The notes: generated by a model not told the origin, from the sequence alone. A stretch of 64,000 bases of DNA from Polaromonas sp. UBA5171 (GCA_002413395.1 DHWX01000125.1:7676-71675), one strand, 5' to 3'. Positions 7,249-18,861 are shown, counted from the first letter of the stretch. A program made the numbers and translations.

Positions 7249-8354
7249 CCCATTTAATTTCTTCGGTGGAAGACATCGTGGCCGACATTCAGGCCGGCCG
7301 CATGGTCATCCTCGTCGATGAGGAAGACCGCGAAAACGAAGGCGATCTGATACTCGCGGCAGACCATGTGACGCCCGAAGCCATCAACTTCATGGCCCGC
7401 TTTGGCCGTGGCCTGATTTGCCTGACGCTCACCCGCGAACGTTGTGAACGCCTGCAATTGCCGCCCATGACGCTGCGCAATGGCGACAAGAAAGGCACCG
7501 CCTTCACCGTATCCATTGAAGCCGCCGAAGGCGTGACCACCGGCATTTCGGCAGCCGACCGCGCCCGCACGGTGCAGGCGGCTGTGGCCAAAAACGCCCT
7601 GGTCAGCGACCTGGTGCAGCCCGGCCATATCTTCCCCCTGCAAGCCGTCGATGGCGGCGTGCTGATGCGCGCTGGCCACACCGAAGCGGGCTGCGATCTG
7701 GCAGGCATGGCGGGCTGTTCACCGGCTGCCGTGATTTGCGAAATCATGAAGGACGACGGCACGATGGCCCGTCTGCCTGATTTGCAGGTGTTTGCCGCTG
7801 AGCACGGCCTGAAGATCGGAACGATTGCCGACCTGATCGCGCACCGCAGCCGCAACGAGTCGCTGATCGAAAAAATTGGCAGCCGCCCGCTGCAAACGGC
7901 GTTCGGGGACTTCACCGCTCACGCGTTCAGGGACAAACCCGGTCAGGGGCTGCATCTGGCGCTGGTCATGGGGCAATGGTCGGCCGACCAGACCGTGGCG
8001 GCCCGCGTGCACGAGCCGCTGTCGGTGCTGGACGTGCTGGAAACCAACCGCGCCATGCATGCCTGGAGCCTGGACCAGAGCCTCAAGCACATCGCCGATG
8101 CAGGCCAGGGCGTGGCGGTGCTGCTCAATTGCGGTGAAAGCGCGGCGCAGTTGCTGGCGCAGTTTGAGGGCACCGCGCGCGCCGCCCACGGCCCCGAGCG
8201 GGGCCGCATGGACTTGCGCAGCTACGGCGTCGGCGCGCAGATTTTGCGCCAGTGTGGCGTGCACAAAATGAACCTGATGGGCAATCCGCGCCGCATGCCC
8301 AGCATGACCGGCTACGGCCTGGAAATCGTTGGCTACATCACAAAAAACAATTAA
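7245..8354 (+). CDS. ribBA: 3,4-dihydroxy-2-butanone-4-phosphate synthase fused to a GTP cyclohydrolase II-like domain (the domain looks degenerate, RibBX-type)
   Basis: 369-aa ORF. The N-terminal half has the DHBP synthase motifs [13 protein letters not shown] and HTEAG. The C-terminal half aligns by eye to RibA but lacks the three zinc-binding cysteines ([23 protein letters not shown]). Confidence 0.9.
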   Translation: MTHLISSVEDIVADIQAGRMVILVDEEDRENEGDLILAADHVTPEAINFMARFGRGLICLTLTRERCERLQLPPMTLRNGDKKGTAFTVSIEAAEGVTTGISAADRARTVQAAVAKNALVSDLVQPGHIFPLQAVDGGVLMRAGHTEAGCDLAGMAGCSPAAVICEIMKDDGTMARLPDLQVFAAEHGLKIGTIADLIAHRSRNESLIEKIGSRPLQTAFGDFTAHAFRDKPGQGLHLALVMGQWSADQTVAARVHEPLSVLDVLETNRAMHAWSLDQSLKHIADAGQGVAVLLNCGESAAQLLAQFEGTARAAHGPERGRMDLRSYGVGAQILRQCGVHKMNLMGNPRRMPSMTGYGLEIVGYITKNN

Positions 8355-8375
8355 TCAGATCAAAAGGAAAGCATT

Positions 8376-8840
8376 GTGTTTGGTGCAGAAAAAGGTTCGG
8401 CTAACCTGCTTGACGGCAGAAAATTATCCATTGGCATGGTGCAGTCGCGCTTCAATGAAAGCATCACCAACGCGCTGGCCGAGGCCTGCAGGCAGGAGCT
8501 CACCGCCTTGGGTGTGGAAGAAAAAAACATCACGCATGTGAAGGTGCCCGGCGCCCTGGAAATTCCCTGCGCGCTGCAAGCCCTGGCGGAAAGCAGCGAC
8601 TACGATGCCCTGGTGGCGCTGGGCTGCATCATCCGCGGCGAAACCTATCACTTCGAACTGGTGGCCAATGAAAGCGGCGCGGCCGTGACGCGCCTGGCAC
8701 TTGACTACCGGTTGCCGATTGCCAACGCAATTTTGACCACCGAAAACCTCGCGCAAGCGCAAGCACGCCAGCATGAAAAGGGGCGCGATGCCGCGCGCGT
8801 GGCGGTCGAGATGGCTCATCTGCTGAACGAACTTTCCTGA
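8376..8840 (+). CDS. ribH: 6,7-dimethyl-8-ribityllumazine synthase
   Basis: 154-aa ORF with a GTG start. It shows the RibH pattern: [17 protein letters not shown] and [10 protein letters not shown]. Confidence 0.92.
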   Translation: MFGAEKGSANLLDGRKLSIGMVQSRFNESITNALAEACRQELTALGVEEKNITHVKVPGALEIPCALQALAESSDYDALVALGCIIRGETYHFELVANESGAAVTRLALDYRLPIANAILTTENLAQAQARQHEKGRDAARVAVEMAHLLNELS

Positions 8841-8878
8841 GCCGCTGCCTTTCCCATCATTCACTCAACAGGCGCTTC

Positions 8879-9400
8879 ATGACAGAACCCATCGTCAAAT
8901 CCAAACGCCCCCCGCAAATCCGTACCGGCCTGACCAGCACGGGCGTCAAGAAGGCCGCCGACAAATCGGCGCGCACGCGTGCCCGTGAGTTTGCCCTGCA
9001 GGCGCTGTACCAGCACCTGGTGGGCCGCAACGAAGCCAATTCCGTGGATGAATTCACCCGCGATCTGGCGGGCTTTCACAAGGCGGATTCGGCGCACTAC
9101 GATGCGCTGCTGCATGGCTGCATCGATGGCGCGCAGGCACTTGACGCTGCGATCACGCCCTTGCTGGACCGGCCCATGACCGAAATTTCGCCGGTCGAGC
9201 ACGCGGTGTTGTGGATCGGCACGTATGAATTCACCCATTGCCTGGACGTGCCCTGGCGTGTTGTGATCAACGAGTGCATTGAACTGGCCAAGGCGTTTGG
9301 CGGCACCGATGGCCACAAGTACGTCAACGGTGTCTTGCACAAACTGGCACCCTCGCTGCGCGCCGCCGAAATTGCCGCCGACCAGGCCAGGCAAAACTGA
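8879..9400 (+). CDS. nusB: Transcription antitermination factor NusB
   Basis: 173-aa ORF. It has the NusB fold signature ([10 protein letters not shown]...) and the conserved ribH-nusB adjacency. Confidence 0.9.
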   Translation: MTEPIVKSKRPPQIRTGLTSTGVKKAADKSARTRAREFALQALYQHLVGRNEANSVDEFTRDLAGFHKADSAHYDALLHGCIDGAQALDAAITPLLDRPMTEISPVEHAVLWIGTYEFTHCLDVPWRVVINECIELAKAFGGTDGHKYVNGVLHKLAPSLRAAEIAADQARQN

Positions 9401-9418
9401 AGCCATGAAAGCTTTGCC

Positions 9419-10615
9419 GTGAAAATTGCCCAGCGGGCCCGGCGGATTGAGCCGTTTTATGTCATGGAAGTTGCCAAGGCCGCAGCTGCCCTGGCGCGGG
9501 AAGTAGCCCATACTGCCTCGCCCATGATCTTTCTGAACATCGGCGAGCCCGACTTCACCGCGCCGCCGCTGGTGCAGCAAGCCGCCAGCCGCGCCATCGA
9601 GCAAGGCAACACGCAATACACCCAGGCCACCGGCCTGCCCGCTCTGCGTGAATGCATCAGCCAGTGGTACGCCACGCGCTTTGGCGCACAGGTGGCACCT
9701 GGCCGCATCATCATCACGGCGGGGGCCTCTGGCGCACTGCAGCTTGCCTGTCTGGCCCTGATTGAGGCGGGTGATGAAATCCTGATGCCCGACCCGAGCT
9801 ATCCGTGCAACCGGCATTTTGTCAGCGCGGCGGAAGGCAGCGCAGTGCTGATCCCGACCACGGCCGATGAACGCTTTCAGCTCACCCGCGAAAAGGTGGA
9901 GGCAGCGTGGAACCCTCAAACACGCGGCGTGTTGCTGGCGTCGCCCTCCAACCCGACGGGAACCTCGATCGCGCCGGAGGAGTTGCAGCGCATTCACGAA
10001 TTCGTGCGCAGCCGGGGCGGCATCACGCTGATTGACGAAATCTACCTGGGCCTGAGTTATGAAGAGCACTTCGGACATTCAGCGCTGGCCATGCCGGGCG
10101 AACTGGGCCAAAGCGTCATCAGCATCAACAGCTTCAGCAAATATTTCAACATGACGGGCTGGCGCCTGGGCTGGCTGGTGGTGCCCGAAGCGCTGGTGCC
10201 GGTGATTGAGCGGATTGCGCAAAACCTGTTTATCTGCGCCAGCACGGTGGCGCAGCACGCCGCGCTGGCCTGCTTTGAGCCTGCCAGCCTGCTGGAGTAC
10301 GAGCGTCGGCGCGCCGAGTTCAAGGCACGCCGCGACTACTTCATTCCCGAGCTCAATCGCCTGGGCCTGAACGTGCCTGTGATGCCAGACGGCGCGTTCT
10401 ACGCCTACGCCGACTGCACCCAGGCCGCAGCGCGTCTGGGCGTCAGCGGCAGCTGGGACTTCGCCTTTGAACTGATGCAGCGCGCCCATCTGGCCGTGAC
10501 ACCGGGACGCGATTTCGGGCAGGCCGCACCGGAACAATTTGTGCGCTTTTCCACCGCCAGTTCCATGGAACATTTACGGGAAGCAGTGGCGCGGCTGGAG
10601 TCCGTACTTGAATAA
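9419..10615 (+). CDS. PLP-dependent aminotransferase (class I/II, aspartate/aromatic type)
   Basis: 398-aa ORF with a GTG start. The PLP-lysine motif is SFSKYFNMTGWRLGW. Confidence 0.85.
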   Translation: MKIAQRARRIEPFYVMEVAKAAAALAREVAHTASPMIFLNIGEPDFTAPPLVQQAASRAIEQGNTQYTQATGLPALRECISQWYATRFGAQVAPGRIIITAGASGALQLACLALIEAGDEILMPDPSYPCNRHFVSAAEGSAVLIPTTADERFQLTREKVEAAWNPQTRGVLLASPSNPTGTSIAPEELQRIHEFVRSRGGITLIDEIYLGLSYEEHFGHSALAMPGELGQSVISINSFSKYFNMTGWRLGWLVVPEALVPVIERIAQNLFICASTVAQHAALACFEPASLLEYERRRAEFKARRDYFIPELNRLGLNVPVMPDGAFYAYADCTQAAARLGVSGSWDFAFELMQRAHLAVTPGRDFGQAAPEQFVRFSTASSMEHLREAVARLESVLE

Positions 10616-10616
10616 C

Positions 10617-11144
10617 ATGACCCCCACGCTTGCCGCTTCGCCTGCTGCGCTGCCCCCCGAGGGAGCTAATTTTTCTGAAGGCGGCCCGTCGGAAAATTTC
10701 TTGCCGTCCGCGGCTTCTGCAAAAAGCGACTTCAGTTGGCCGGTGCGGGTGTATTGGGAAGACACCGATGCAGGTGGCATTGTTTTTTATGCCAATTACC
10801 TTAAATTTTTTGAACGTTCACGCACCGAATGGCTCAGATCACTGGGCATTGAGCAACAGCGTTTAAAGGCAAGCGCGGGCGGCCTGTTCGTGGTGATTGA
10901 CAGCCGCATTCGCTACCACCGCCCGGCCCGCCTTGACGATGAACTGATTGTTACCGCGAGCCTGGTCGAAACAGGCGGTGCATCCATGATAATCAAACAG
11001 CAGGCGCTACTAAAAACAGAGCAGATAAACACGGGAGCGGCAACACTGCTGTGCCAAGGCACAATCCGGATTGGCTGGGTCAATGCCTCCAGCTGGCAAC
11101 CCGCGCGTATTCCCGCCTGCATTCTTGACCGCTTAAAAACTTGA
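10617..11144 (+). CDS. ybgC: Tol-Pal-associated acyl-CoA thioesterase YbgC
   Basis: ORF 10539-11144. ATG 10617 lies just after the upstream stop. It has the 4HBT hot-dog motif VYWEDTDAGGIVFYANYLKFFE and sits directly upstream of tolQ. Confidence 0.85.
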   Translation: MTPTLAASPAALPPEGANFSEGGPSENFLPSAASAKSDFSWPVRVYWEDTDAGGIVFYANYLKFFERSRTEWLRSLGIEQQRLKASAGGLFVVIDSRIRYHRPARLDDELIVTASLVETGGASMIIKQQALLKTEQINTGAATLLCQGTIRIGWVNASSWQPARIPACILDRLKT

Positions 11145-11157
11145 TCAAAATTTCAAT

Positions 11158-11850
11158 ATGAACCAAGATTTATCGATTGTCAGCCTCATTGTCCACGCCA
11201 GTTGGGTCGTCCAGGCGGTGGTCGCGCTACTGGTGGGCGTCTCCGTTGCGAGTTGGGCCGCGATTTTCAGAAAAATCATGGCGATCAAACGGGTGCAAAA
11301 ACTCAACGACGCATTCGACCGTGAGTTCTGGTCAGGCACCAGTCTGAACGACCTGTTTGCGAGCGCGGCGCAAAACGCCAAGCACTCGGGCTCCATGGAA
11401 CGCATTTTTGCCAGCGGCATGCGTGAATTTCAAAAACTGCGCGAGCGCCGCATCACCGATCCCGCTGCCCTGATGGACGGGGCGCGCAGGGCCATGCGTG
11501 CCAGTTACCAGCGTGAGGCCGACGCGATTGAAGCCAACCTGTCTTTTCTGGCGACGGTCGGCTCGGTGTCGCCCTATGTGGGGCTGTTTGGCACGGTCTG
11601 GGGCATCATGCACGCCTTTACCGGGCTGGCGGCGCTGGAGCAAGTGACGCTGGCCACCGTCGCGCCCGGCATTGCCGAGGCGCTGGTGGCCACGGCGATT
11701 GGCCTTTTTGCGGCCATTCCCGCGGTGGTCGCGTACAACCGCTTCGCGCACGACATTGACCGCATCGCCAACCGCCTTGAAACTTTCATTGAAGAGTTTT
11801 CCAACATCCTGCAGCGCAACCTGGGCACGCAGTCGCCCTCCGGTCACTAA
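11158..11850 (+). CDS. tolQ: Tol-Pal system protein TolQ
   Basis: 230-aa ORF of the MotA/TolQ/ExbB channel family (...VSPYVGLFGTVWGIM...). Confidence 0.92.
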   Translation: MNQDLSIVSLIVHASWVVQAVVALLVGVSVASWAAIFRKIMAIKRVQKLNDAFDREFWSGTSLNDLFASAAQNAKHSGSMERIFASGMREFQKLRERRITDPAALMDGARRAMRASYQREADAIEANLSFLATVGSVSPYVGLFGTVWGIMHAFTGLAALEQVTLATVAPGIAEALVATAIGLFAAIPAVVAYNRFAHDIDRIANRLETFIEEFSNILQRNLGTQSPSGH

Positions 11851-11853
11851 GCC

Positions 11854-12289
11854 ATGCCCGCCGTTACGTCCCGCGGCCGCGGCCGCCGCAACATCAGTGA
11901 AATCAACATGGTGCCGTTTATCGACGTCATGCTGGTGCTGCTCATCATCTTCATGGTGACGGCGCCGCTGATCACGCCCAGCATGATCGCCGTGCCCAGG
12001 GTCGGCAAGGCCGCGCTCCAGCCGAAAAATCCGGTGCATATCCTGATCGGCAAGGACGAAGCCGTGCAGATCAAAATCAAGACCGACAGCATGCCCAGCA
12101 ATGTGCACAACGTGGCGGCCGATATTGTGAAGCGGGAACCGGGCGTCAAGGCCGCAGGTGCGGAGGCGGTAACCAGTCGTCATCAGCGCCGACAAGTCCA
12201 TCAAGTACGAAACCGTGGTACAGGTCATGGACGCCCTGCAAAAAGCTGGCGTTTCACGCGTTGGCCTGTCGGTGCAAGCGGGCAAGTAG
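11854..12289 (+). pseudogene. tolR: Tol-Pal system protein TolR with an apparent +1 frameshift (or an assembly error). As assembled, the N-terminal frame reads through into tolA.
   Basis: The N-terminal frame reads NMVPFIDVMLVLLIIFMVTAPL. The conserved C-terminus PVVISADKSIKYETVVQVMDALQKAGVSRVGLSVQAGK* is in the next frame and ends at 12289. The span is 436 nt (3n+1). The frame switch must lie at about 12171-12175, because TAA at 12170 closes the C-terminal frame just upstream. Confidence 0.75.
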
Positions 12290-12309
12290 GCCGAGGGCTG
12301 CACAGCACC

Positions 12310-13212
12310 ATGCCCAGCGCCGCAGACCGCCTTGACTTTGGCCCGCCTCACGATGCAGGCTCAGTGCGGGCTTTCATGCTGGCGCTGCTCGTGCATGCGC
12401 TGCTCATCGCCGCGCTGACTTGGGGCATCAACTGGAAAAGCAGCACCCAGGAGGTCTCATTTGAGGCCGAGCTGTGGTCCAGCGTGCCGCAGGAGGCGGC
12501 GCCCAAATTGGTCGAGGCACCCCCGCCGCCGCCGCCACCGCCGCCGCCACCCCAACCGGCTGAAGTCAAGGTGACCCCGCCCCTGCCTGCGGTGGACATC
12601 GCCCTGGAACAGGAGAAAAAACGCAAGTTGCTGCAGCAGCAAAAAGACGCCGAGGCACTGAAGGCACAGAAAGCACTGAAGGCCGAAAAGGCGGCGGAAA
12701 AGCTCAAAGCCGAGCTTCAGGCCAAAAAGGAAAAACAACGCGAAGAAAAAGCCCAGGAAGAACTGACCCGGCGCAAGGCTGCCGAAGAAGCCAAAAAAGC
12801 TCAAGCCAAGGAGCAGGAGCGGCAAAAACTGGCGGCAGCAGCGGCAGAAAAGCTGCGACAGGATGCGCTCAAGCGCATGATGGGCCTGGCAGGGGCTAGC
12901 GGCGGTGCCAATGCAAAAGGTTCAGCTCCAAAATCGAGCGGCCCCTCGGCCAGTTACGGCGGAAAAGTCAGGGCCGCCGTCAAACCCAATGTGGTATTTA
13001 CCGACGACGTTACCGACAACCCTAAAGCTGAAATTGAAGTGCGCACCTCACTCGATGGCACCATCATCAGCCAGCGCCTCGTCAAATCCAGCGGCAACAA
13101 GGCCTGGGATGACGCGGCAATCAAGGCCGTGATTCGCACCGGCACTCTGCCGCCTGATGTCGATGGCCGCGTCCCCACGCCCATAATTCTGGACATGCGG
13201 CCAAAGGATTAA
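12310..13212 (+). CDS. tolA: Tol-Pal system protein TolA
   Basis: ATG 12310. The protein has a TM anchor (RAFMLALLVHALLIAALTW), a poly-Pro and Lys/Ala/Glu-rich helical linker, and a TolA/TonB-like C-domain. Confidence 0.88.
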   Translation: MPSAADRLDFGPPHDAGSVRAFMLALLVHALLIAALTWGINWKSSTQEVSFEAELWSSVPQEAAPKLVEAPPPPPPPPPPPQPAEVKVTPPLPAVDIALEQEKKRKLLQQQKDAEALKAQKALKAEKAAEKLKAELQAKKEKQREEKAQEELTRRKAAEEAKKAQAKEQERQKLAAAAAEKLRQDALKRMMGLAGASGGANAKGSAPKSSGPSASYGGKVRAAVKPNVVFTDDVTDNPKAEIEVRTSLDGTIISQRLVKSSGNKAWDDAAIKAVIRTGTLPPDVDGRVPTPIILDMRPKD

Positions 13213-13279
13213 GCGCCCTTGCAACGCTGCTGAAACTTAGAACTGACCGGCCTGGCTTTTAGTTGGCCAAAGCCCTGTT

Positions 13280-16200
13280 TTATTCATAAACTATGCTGGC
13301 AGCACCGCTCCCGGCCTGCACCATCCAGCTCGCCAGCGCCGCATCACTCGGGAAAAACCTGGCGGCGTCGCCCAGATGAATTTCGGCGGTGGCTCCACCC
13401 CGCCGCAGGCTCAGGCGAACCGGCAAGCCACGGCTGAATTCCCCTTGTTCCGACATCTCGCGGCGCGGCGGAAACTCCTTGACCAGCCGCGCAATGTCTG
13501 GTGCCGTGCCATTGACAGCCACGCGCAAATACTTGCCGAACTTGCAGCGCGCGGCCTCCAGGCCCCACACCTGCGTGACCTTGAAGCGACGCCCAAAGCG
13601 TTCGTTGCCCGCTTGCAGGGTGCCCTGCACGATCACCAGCTCGTCATCCTTGAGCAGGTCGCGATTGGCGTTGAGCAGGTTTTCATCCACCGTGGCTTCC
13701 AGCACGTCGGTTTTGTCATCCAGCTTGAAGATCACCAGCTTGCCACGGTTGCCATTGATCACGCGCAAATCACTGACGATGGCCGCCAGCAACTGCGGCT
13801 CGCGGGAGTCAATCAGGTCCTCAATTTTTCGCCGGGCAAACTGCCGAACTTCGGCCTCGACCTCGTCAAACAGATGGCCCGACAGATAAAACCCGATCGC
13901 CGTTTTTTCGTGCGCCAGACGCTCCTTCACGCCAAACGGCAGCGCAGCCACCAGCGGCGGCTCCTGCGTGCTGGCGGCGTGCGAGTCTGACATATCGAAC
14001 AGCCCACCCTGATTGGCATTGGCCTCGGCGGCGGCGGCAAACTCAAAGGCGCGGTCCACCGACGCCAGCAGCGCCGCGCGGTTCAGATGCAGGTTGTCAA
14101 AGGCGCCTCCCTTGATGAGCGCGTCGACCGTGCGCTTGTTCAGCCGGCTGCGGTCCACCCGCACGCAAAAATCATACAGCGAGGTAAACGCCCCGCCCTC
14201 TTCGCGGGCCGCCACAATCGCCGCAATCGCCTGCTGGCCGGTGCCCTTGATGGCACCCAGGCCGTAGCGCACGGCAGTTGCGCTGATCGGTTCAAACCGG
14301 TAGTCACCGCGGTTGACATCCGGCGGCTCAAACTGGATGCCCATTTTTTGGGCATCGCCAAACAGCACCTTGAGCTTGTCGGTGTCGTCCGCCTCCACGC
14401 TCATGTTGGCGGCGAAGAACTCTGCCGTGTAATGCACCTTGAGCCAGGCGGTGTGGTAGGCCAGCAGGGCATACGCCGCGGAGTGCGACTTGTTGAAGCC
14501 ATAGCCAGCAAACTTTTCCATCAGGTCAAACACCTCGTCGGCCTTTTGCTCGCTCAGGCCGCCCGCGCCCGCGCCTTTGCGGAACACCGCGCGCTGCGTG
14601 TCCATTTCATCCTGGTCTTTCTTGCCCATGGCGCGGCGCAAGATGTCGGCGCCGCCGAGCGAGTAACCGCCCAGAATCTGCGCCGTCTGCATCACCTGCT
14701 CCTGATAGACCATGATGCCGTAGGTTTCCTCCAGGATGGCCTTGACGCGCGGGTCCGGGTATTCAGGCGTTTCCTTGCCCTGCTTGCGCGCGATGTAGGT
14801 CGGAATCAGCTCCATCGGCCCGGGCCGGTAAAGCGCATTCAGGGCAATCAGGTCTTCAAGGCGGTTGGGTCTGGCGTCCTTGAGCATCCGCTGCATGCCG
14901 ATGCTTTCAAACTGGAACACGGCTTCGGTCTGACCGCTGCTGAACAGCTCATACACTTTTTTGTCGTTCAGCGGCAAGTCCTCGAAGCTGAAATCCTTCC
15001 GCTCGGGATAGCGCTGGACGATGAACTGTCTGGCCATTTCCAGGATGGTCAGGGTGGCCAGGCCCAAAAAGTCGAACTTGACCAGGCCAATCGCCTCCAC
15101 GTCGCTTTTGTCGAACTGGCTCACCGCCGAACCGCTTCCGGGCTGCGCATAGAGCGGGCAAAAATCAGTGAGCTTGCCCGGCGCGATCAGCACGCCGCCC
15201 GCGTGCATGCCAACGTTGCGTGTCAGGCCTTCAAGCTTGCGGGCCAGTTCCAGCAACGTGCGCACATCTTCTTCCTTGCGTTCGCGCTCGGCCAGAATGG
15301 GCTCGGCTTCCAGGGCGTAAACCAGCTTGTCGTTTTTGTCACGATCGGCTGGCGGCAATTGCAACGACACGGCCTGCCCGGGTTTATTGGGAATCAGCTT
15401 GGAAATGCCATCACAAAACCCGTATGGGAAATCAAGCACACGGCCCACATCGCGAATCGCCGCGCGCGCCGCCATGGTGCCAAAGGTGACAATCTGGCTC
15501 ACGGCCTCCTTGCCGTACTTGTCTTTCACATAATCGATCACGCGGTCGCGATTGAGCTGGCAAAAGTCAATATCGAAGTCAGGCATGGACACCCGTTCCG
15601 GATTCAGGAAGCGCTCAAACAGCAGGTTGTACTGCAACGGATCCAGGTCGGTAATTTTCAGCGCATAGGCGACCAGCGAGCCGGCACCGGAACCCCGCCC
15701 CGGCCCGACCGGGCAACCGTTGTTCTTGGCCCAGTTGATGAAGTCGCCGACAATCAGGAAGTAGCCCGGGAAGCCCATCTTCAGAATGGTGTCGATCTCG
15801 AACTCCAAGCGCTCCACATAGGCCGGTCGTTTGCGCTGGCGCAGCGCTTCATCGGGATAAAGACGCGCCAGCCGCGCTTCCAGCCCTTCCAGGGAAGCAT
15901 GGCGAAAATAGGCATCCATCGGCAGCTGCACACCGTCGACTTCGGGCGTTGGGTAGTTGGGCAACTGGGGCTTGCCCAGCTCGAGCGTGAGGTTGCAGCG
16001 CCTGGCAATCTCCAGCGTATTGGCCAGGGCCGATGGCACGTCGGCAAACAGTTGCGCCATCTGTGCCGACGACTTGAAATACTGTTCACGCGTGAATCGG
16101 CGCACGCGCCGTGGATTGCCCAGAATTTCGCCTTCGGCAATGCACACGCGCGCCTCGTGGGCCTCGTAGTCCTGTTCAGCGAGAAACTGCACGGGATGGG

Positions 16201-16798
16201 TTGCCACCACCGGCAATTTGAGCCGGGCCGCCAGCTGCACGGTGGCCACCACATGGCGTGCATCATCCGGACGCTGGGCGCGCTGCAATTCCAGGTAAAA
16301 GCGATGGGGAAACAGGCCCGCCAGATGCAGGGCGCAGTCCAGTGCCCGTGCGCCATCACCCTGCACCAGCGCCTGCCCCACGGCGCCGCCCTGCGCGCCC
16401 GACAGGGCGATCAGGCCCTGGTTGAGCTCTTGCAGCCATTCGAGCTTGATGATGGCCTGGTCGCGCACCACGTTTTTGGTCCAGGCACGCGTCAGCAGTT
16501 CCGACAGATTCAAGTAGCCCTGTCGGTTTTGCACCAGCAGCAGCAGGCGGGCCGCCGCTGCCCCGGCTTCCTTGCCCGGCACCTGCACCCAGACGTCGGC
16601 GCCAATCAGGGGTTTGATCCCGGCCTTGCGCGTTTCCTTGTAGAACTTGACCGTTCCAAACAGGTTGCTCAGGTCGGTAATGGCCAGAGCCGGTTGCTGG
16701 TCGCGTGCCGCGACCCGAACAATTTCATCAATGCGGTTGGTGCCGTCAACGACTGAAAACTCAGTGTGAATTCTTAAATGGACAAACATGCGCTTCAT
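13280..16798 (-). CDS. dnaE: DNA polymerase III alpha subunit
   Basis: 1172-aa ORF with a PHP-domain N-terminus (FVHLRIHTEFS) and full-length pol IIIalpha architecture. Confidence 0.97.
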   Translation of the reverse strand: MKRMFVHLRIHTEFSVVDGTNRIDEIVRVAARDQQPALAITDLSNLFGTVKFYKETRKAGIKPLIGADVWVQVPGKEAGAAAARLLLLVQNRQGYLNLSELLTRAWTKNVVRDQAIIKLEWLQELNQGLIALSGAQGGAVGQALVQGDGARALDCALHLAGLFPHRFYLELQRAQRPDDARHVVATVQLAARLKLPVVATHPVQFLAEQDYEAHEARVCIAEGEILGNPRRVRRFTREQYFKSSAQMAQLFADVPSALANTLEIARRCNLTLELGKPQLPNYPTPEVDGVQLPMDAYFRHASLEGLEARLARLYPDEALRQRKRPAYVERLEFEIDTILKMGFPGYFLIVGDFINWAKNNGCPVGPGRGSGAGSLVAYALKITDLDPLQYNLLFERFLNPERVSMPDFDIDFCQLNRDRVIDYVKDKYGKEAVSQIVTFGTMAARAAIRDVGRVLDFPYGFCDGISKLIPNKPGQAVSLQLPPADRDKNDKLVYALEAEPILAERERKEEDVRTLLELARKLEGLTRNVGMHAGGVLIAPGKLTDFCPLYAQPGSGSAVSQFDKSDVEAIGLVKFDFLGLATLTILEMARQFIVQRYPERKDFSFEDLPLNDKKVYELFSSGQTEAVFQFESIGMQRMLKDARPNRLEDLIALNALYRPGPMELIPTYIARKQGKETPEYPDPRVKAILEETYGIMVYQEQVMQTAQILGGYSLGGADILRRAMGKKDQDEMDTQRAVFRKGAGAGGLSEQKADEVFDLMEKFAGYGFNKSHSAAYALLAYHTAWLKVHYTAEFFAANMSVEADDTDKLKVLFGDAQKMGIQFEPPDVNRGDYRFEPISATAVRYGLGAIKGTGQQAIAAIVAAREEGGAFTSLYDFCVRVDRSRLNKRTVDALIKGGAFDNLHLNRAALLASVDRAFEFAAAAEANANQGGLFDMSDSHAASTQEPPLVAALPFGVKERLAHEKTAIGFYLSGHLFDEVEAEVRQFARRKIEDLIDSREPQLLAAIVSDLRVINGNRGKLVIFKLDDKTDVLEATVDENLLNANRDLLKDDELVIVQGTLQAGNERFGRRFKVTQVWGLEAARCKFGKYLRVAVNGTAPDIARLVKEFPPRREMSEQGEFSRGLPVRLSLRRGGATAEIHLGDAARFFPSDAALASWMVQAGSGAASIVYE

Positions 16799-16923
16799 TT
16801 TAGGGCGGGCACCAAACCAGCTTTGGCCTGCTTGCGGCGCCTTGAGGCAGCCCTTGCCTACAATCAGTCACATCAAGCAAAATTTTCAAGCCAAAAAGGG
16901 CCGTTGCCCGCATTTGATCCGCC

Positions 16924-18234
<1,311 letters not shown>

Positions 18235-18264
18235 AAAAGCGGTGCGAACTACGGGGGTATCAAA

Positions 18265-18828
18265 TCAGTTGCGCTGAAACCTGCCTGCCACCCCAGCCAC
18301 GCGTTTGCCAAAATTTCGGGCGTTTTCCAGGTCACCTGGCAGCATTTCATTGGCCCCTGCGTCAGTGGGCGACTGCGCGACGGCACCACTGTACGATCCA
18401 AGGTAGTTGGCATCGTTGCGCTGGGCCGCCTTGCTGTTGCTGGGTAGCACGCCCTGACTGACCCAGATGCCGCCGTGCTGCATCGCCAGGGTAAACAGGT
18501 AATTCAGGGTGGACGCCTTGTCGCCATTGAGCGCCGAGCTGTTGGTGAAGCCGGCAAACAGCTTGTCTTTCCAGGTCTCCGTGTACCAGATCCTGGAAGA
18601 CGCGTCGGCAAATTTCTTGAACTGCCAGCTGATGTTGCCCATGTAAGTCGGCGAACCCATGATGATGGCATCGGCAGCGTTCAGTGTCTCCCAGCCACCC
18701 TCGGGCAGATTGCCATCCGCATCAATGGCAAGCAGCTCCGCGCCAGCACCGTCAGCCACCGCCTGGGCCATGCGCTGGGTGTGCCCATAACCGGAGTGGT
18801 AAACCACGACCACTTCTGCCATTTTCAT
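18265..18828 (-). CDS. Flavodoxin-like NAD(P)H:quinone oxidoreductase (WrbA-type)
   Basis: 187-aa ORF with the flavodoxin-like N-terminus VVVVYHSGYGHTQRMA. Confidence 0.75.
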   Translation of the reverse strand: MKMAEVVVVYHSGYGHTQRMAQAVADGAGAELLAIDADGNLPEGGWETLNAADAIIMGSPTYMGNISWQFKKFADASSRIWYTETWKDKLFAGFTNSSALNGDKASTLNYLFTLAMQHGGIWVSQGVLPSNSKAAQRNDANYLGSYSGAVAQSPTDAGANEMLPGDLENARNFGKRVAGVAGRFQRN

Positions 18829-18861
18829 TTTCCTTGAATCAAGGGTTGAAAGTATTCACCC

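Noticed and set aside
12520-12860. Simple-sequence repeats: a CCG/CCA poly-proline run followed by AAG/GCC/GAA-rich repeats.
   Set aside because: This is the expected low-complexity Pro-rich and Lys/Ala/Glu helical linker of TolA. The similar Ala/Lys-rich repeats at about 39700-40300 belong to the IF-2 N-terminal region.
14087-16756. Very long ORFs antisense to real genes. Examples are the 889-aa ORF opposite dnaE, 8861-10078 opposite nusB and the aminotransferase, 53031-54380 opposite sucC, 27348-28322 opposite guaA, and 21852-22709.
   Set aside because: These are typical stop-poor shadow frames of high-GC DNA. Their translations are Arg/Gly/His-rich with no recognisable domains, while the opposite strand encodes clear housekeeping proteins.
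16801-16880. A possible sixth copy of the ~80-nt repeat in the dnaE/egtB divergent spacer (GCGCCTTGAGGCAGCCC...).
   Set aside because: Only a few short matches are present, with no GCCCCCACG end and no conserved arms. The similarity is too weak to count.
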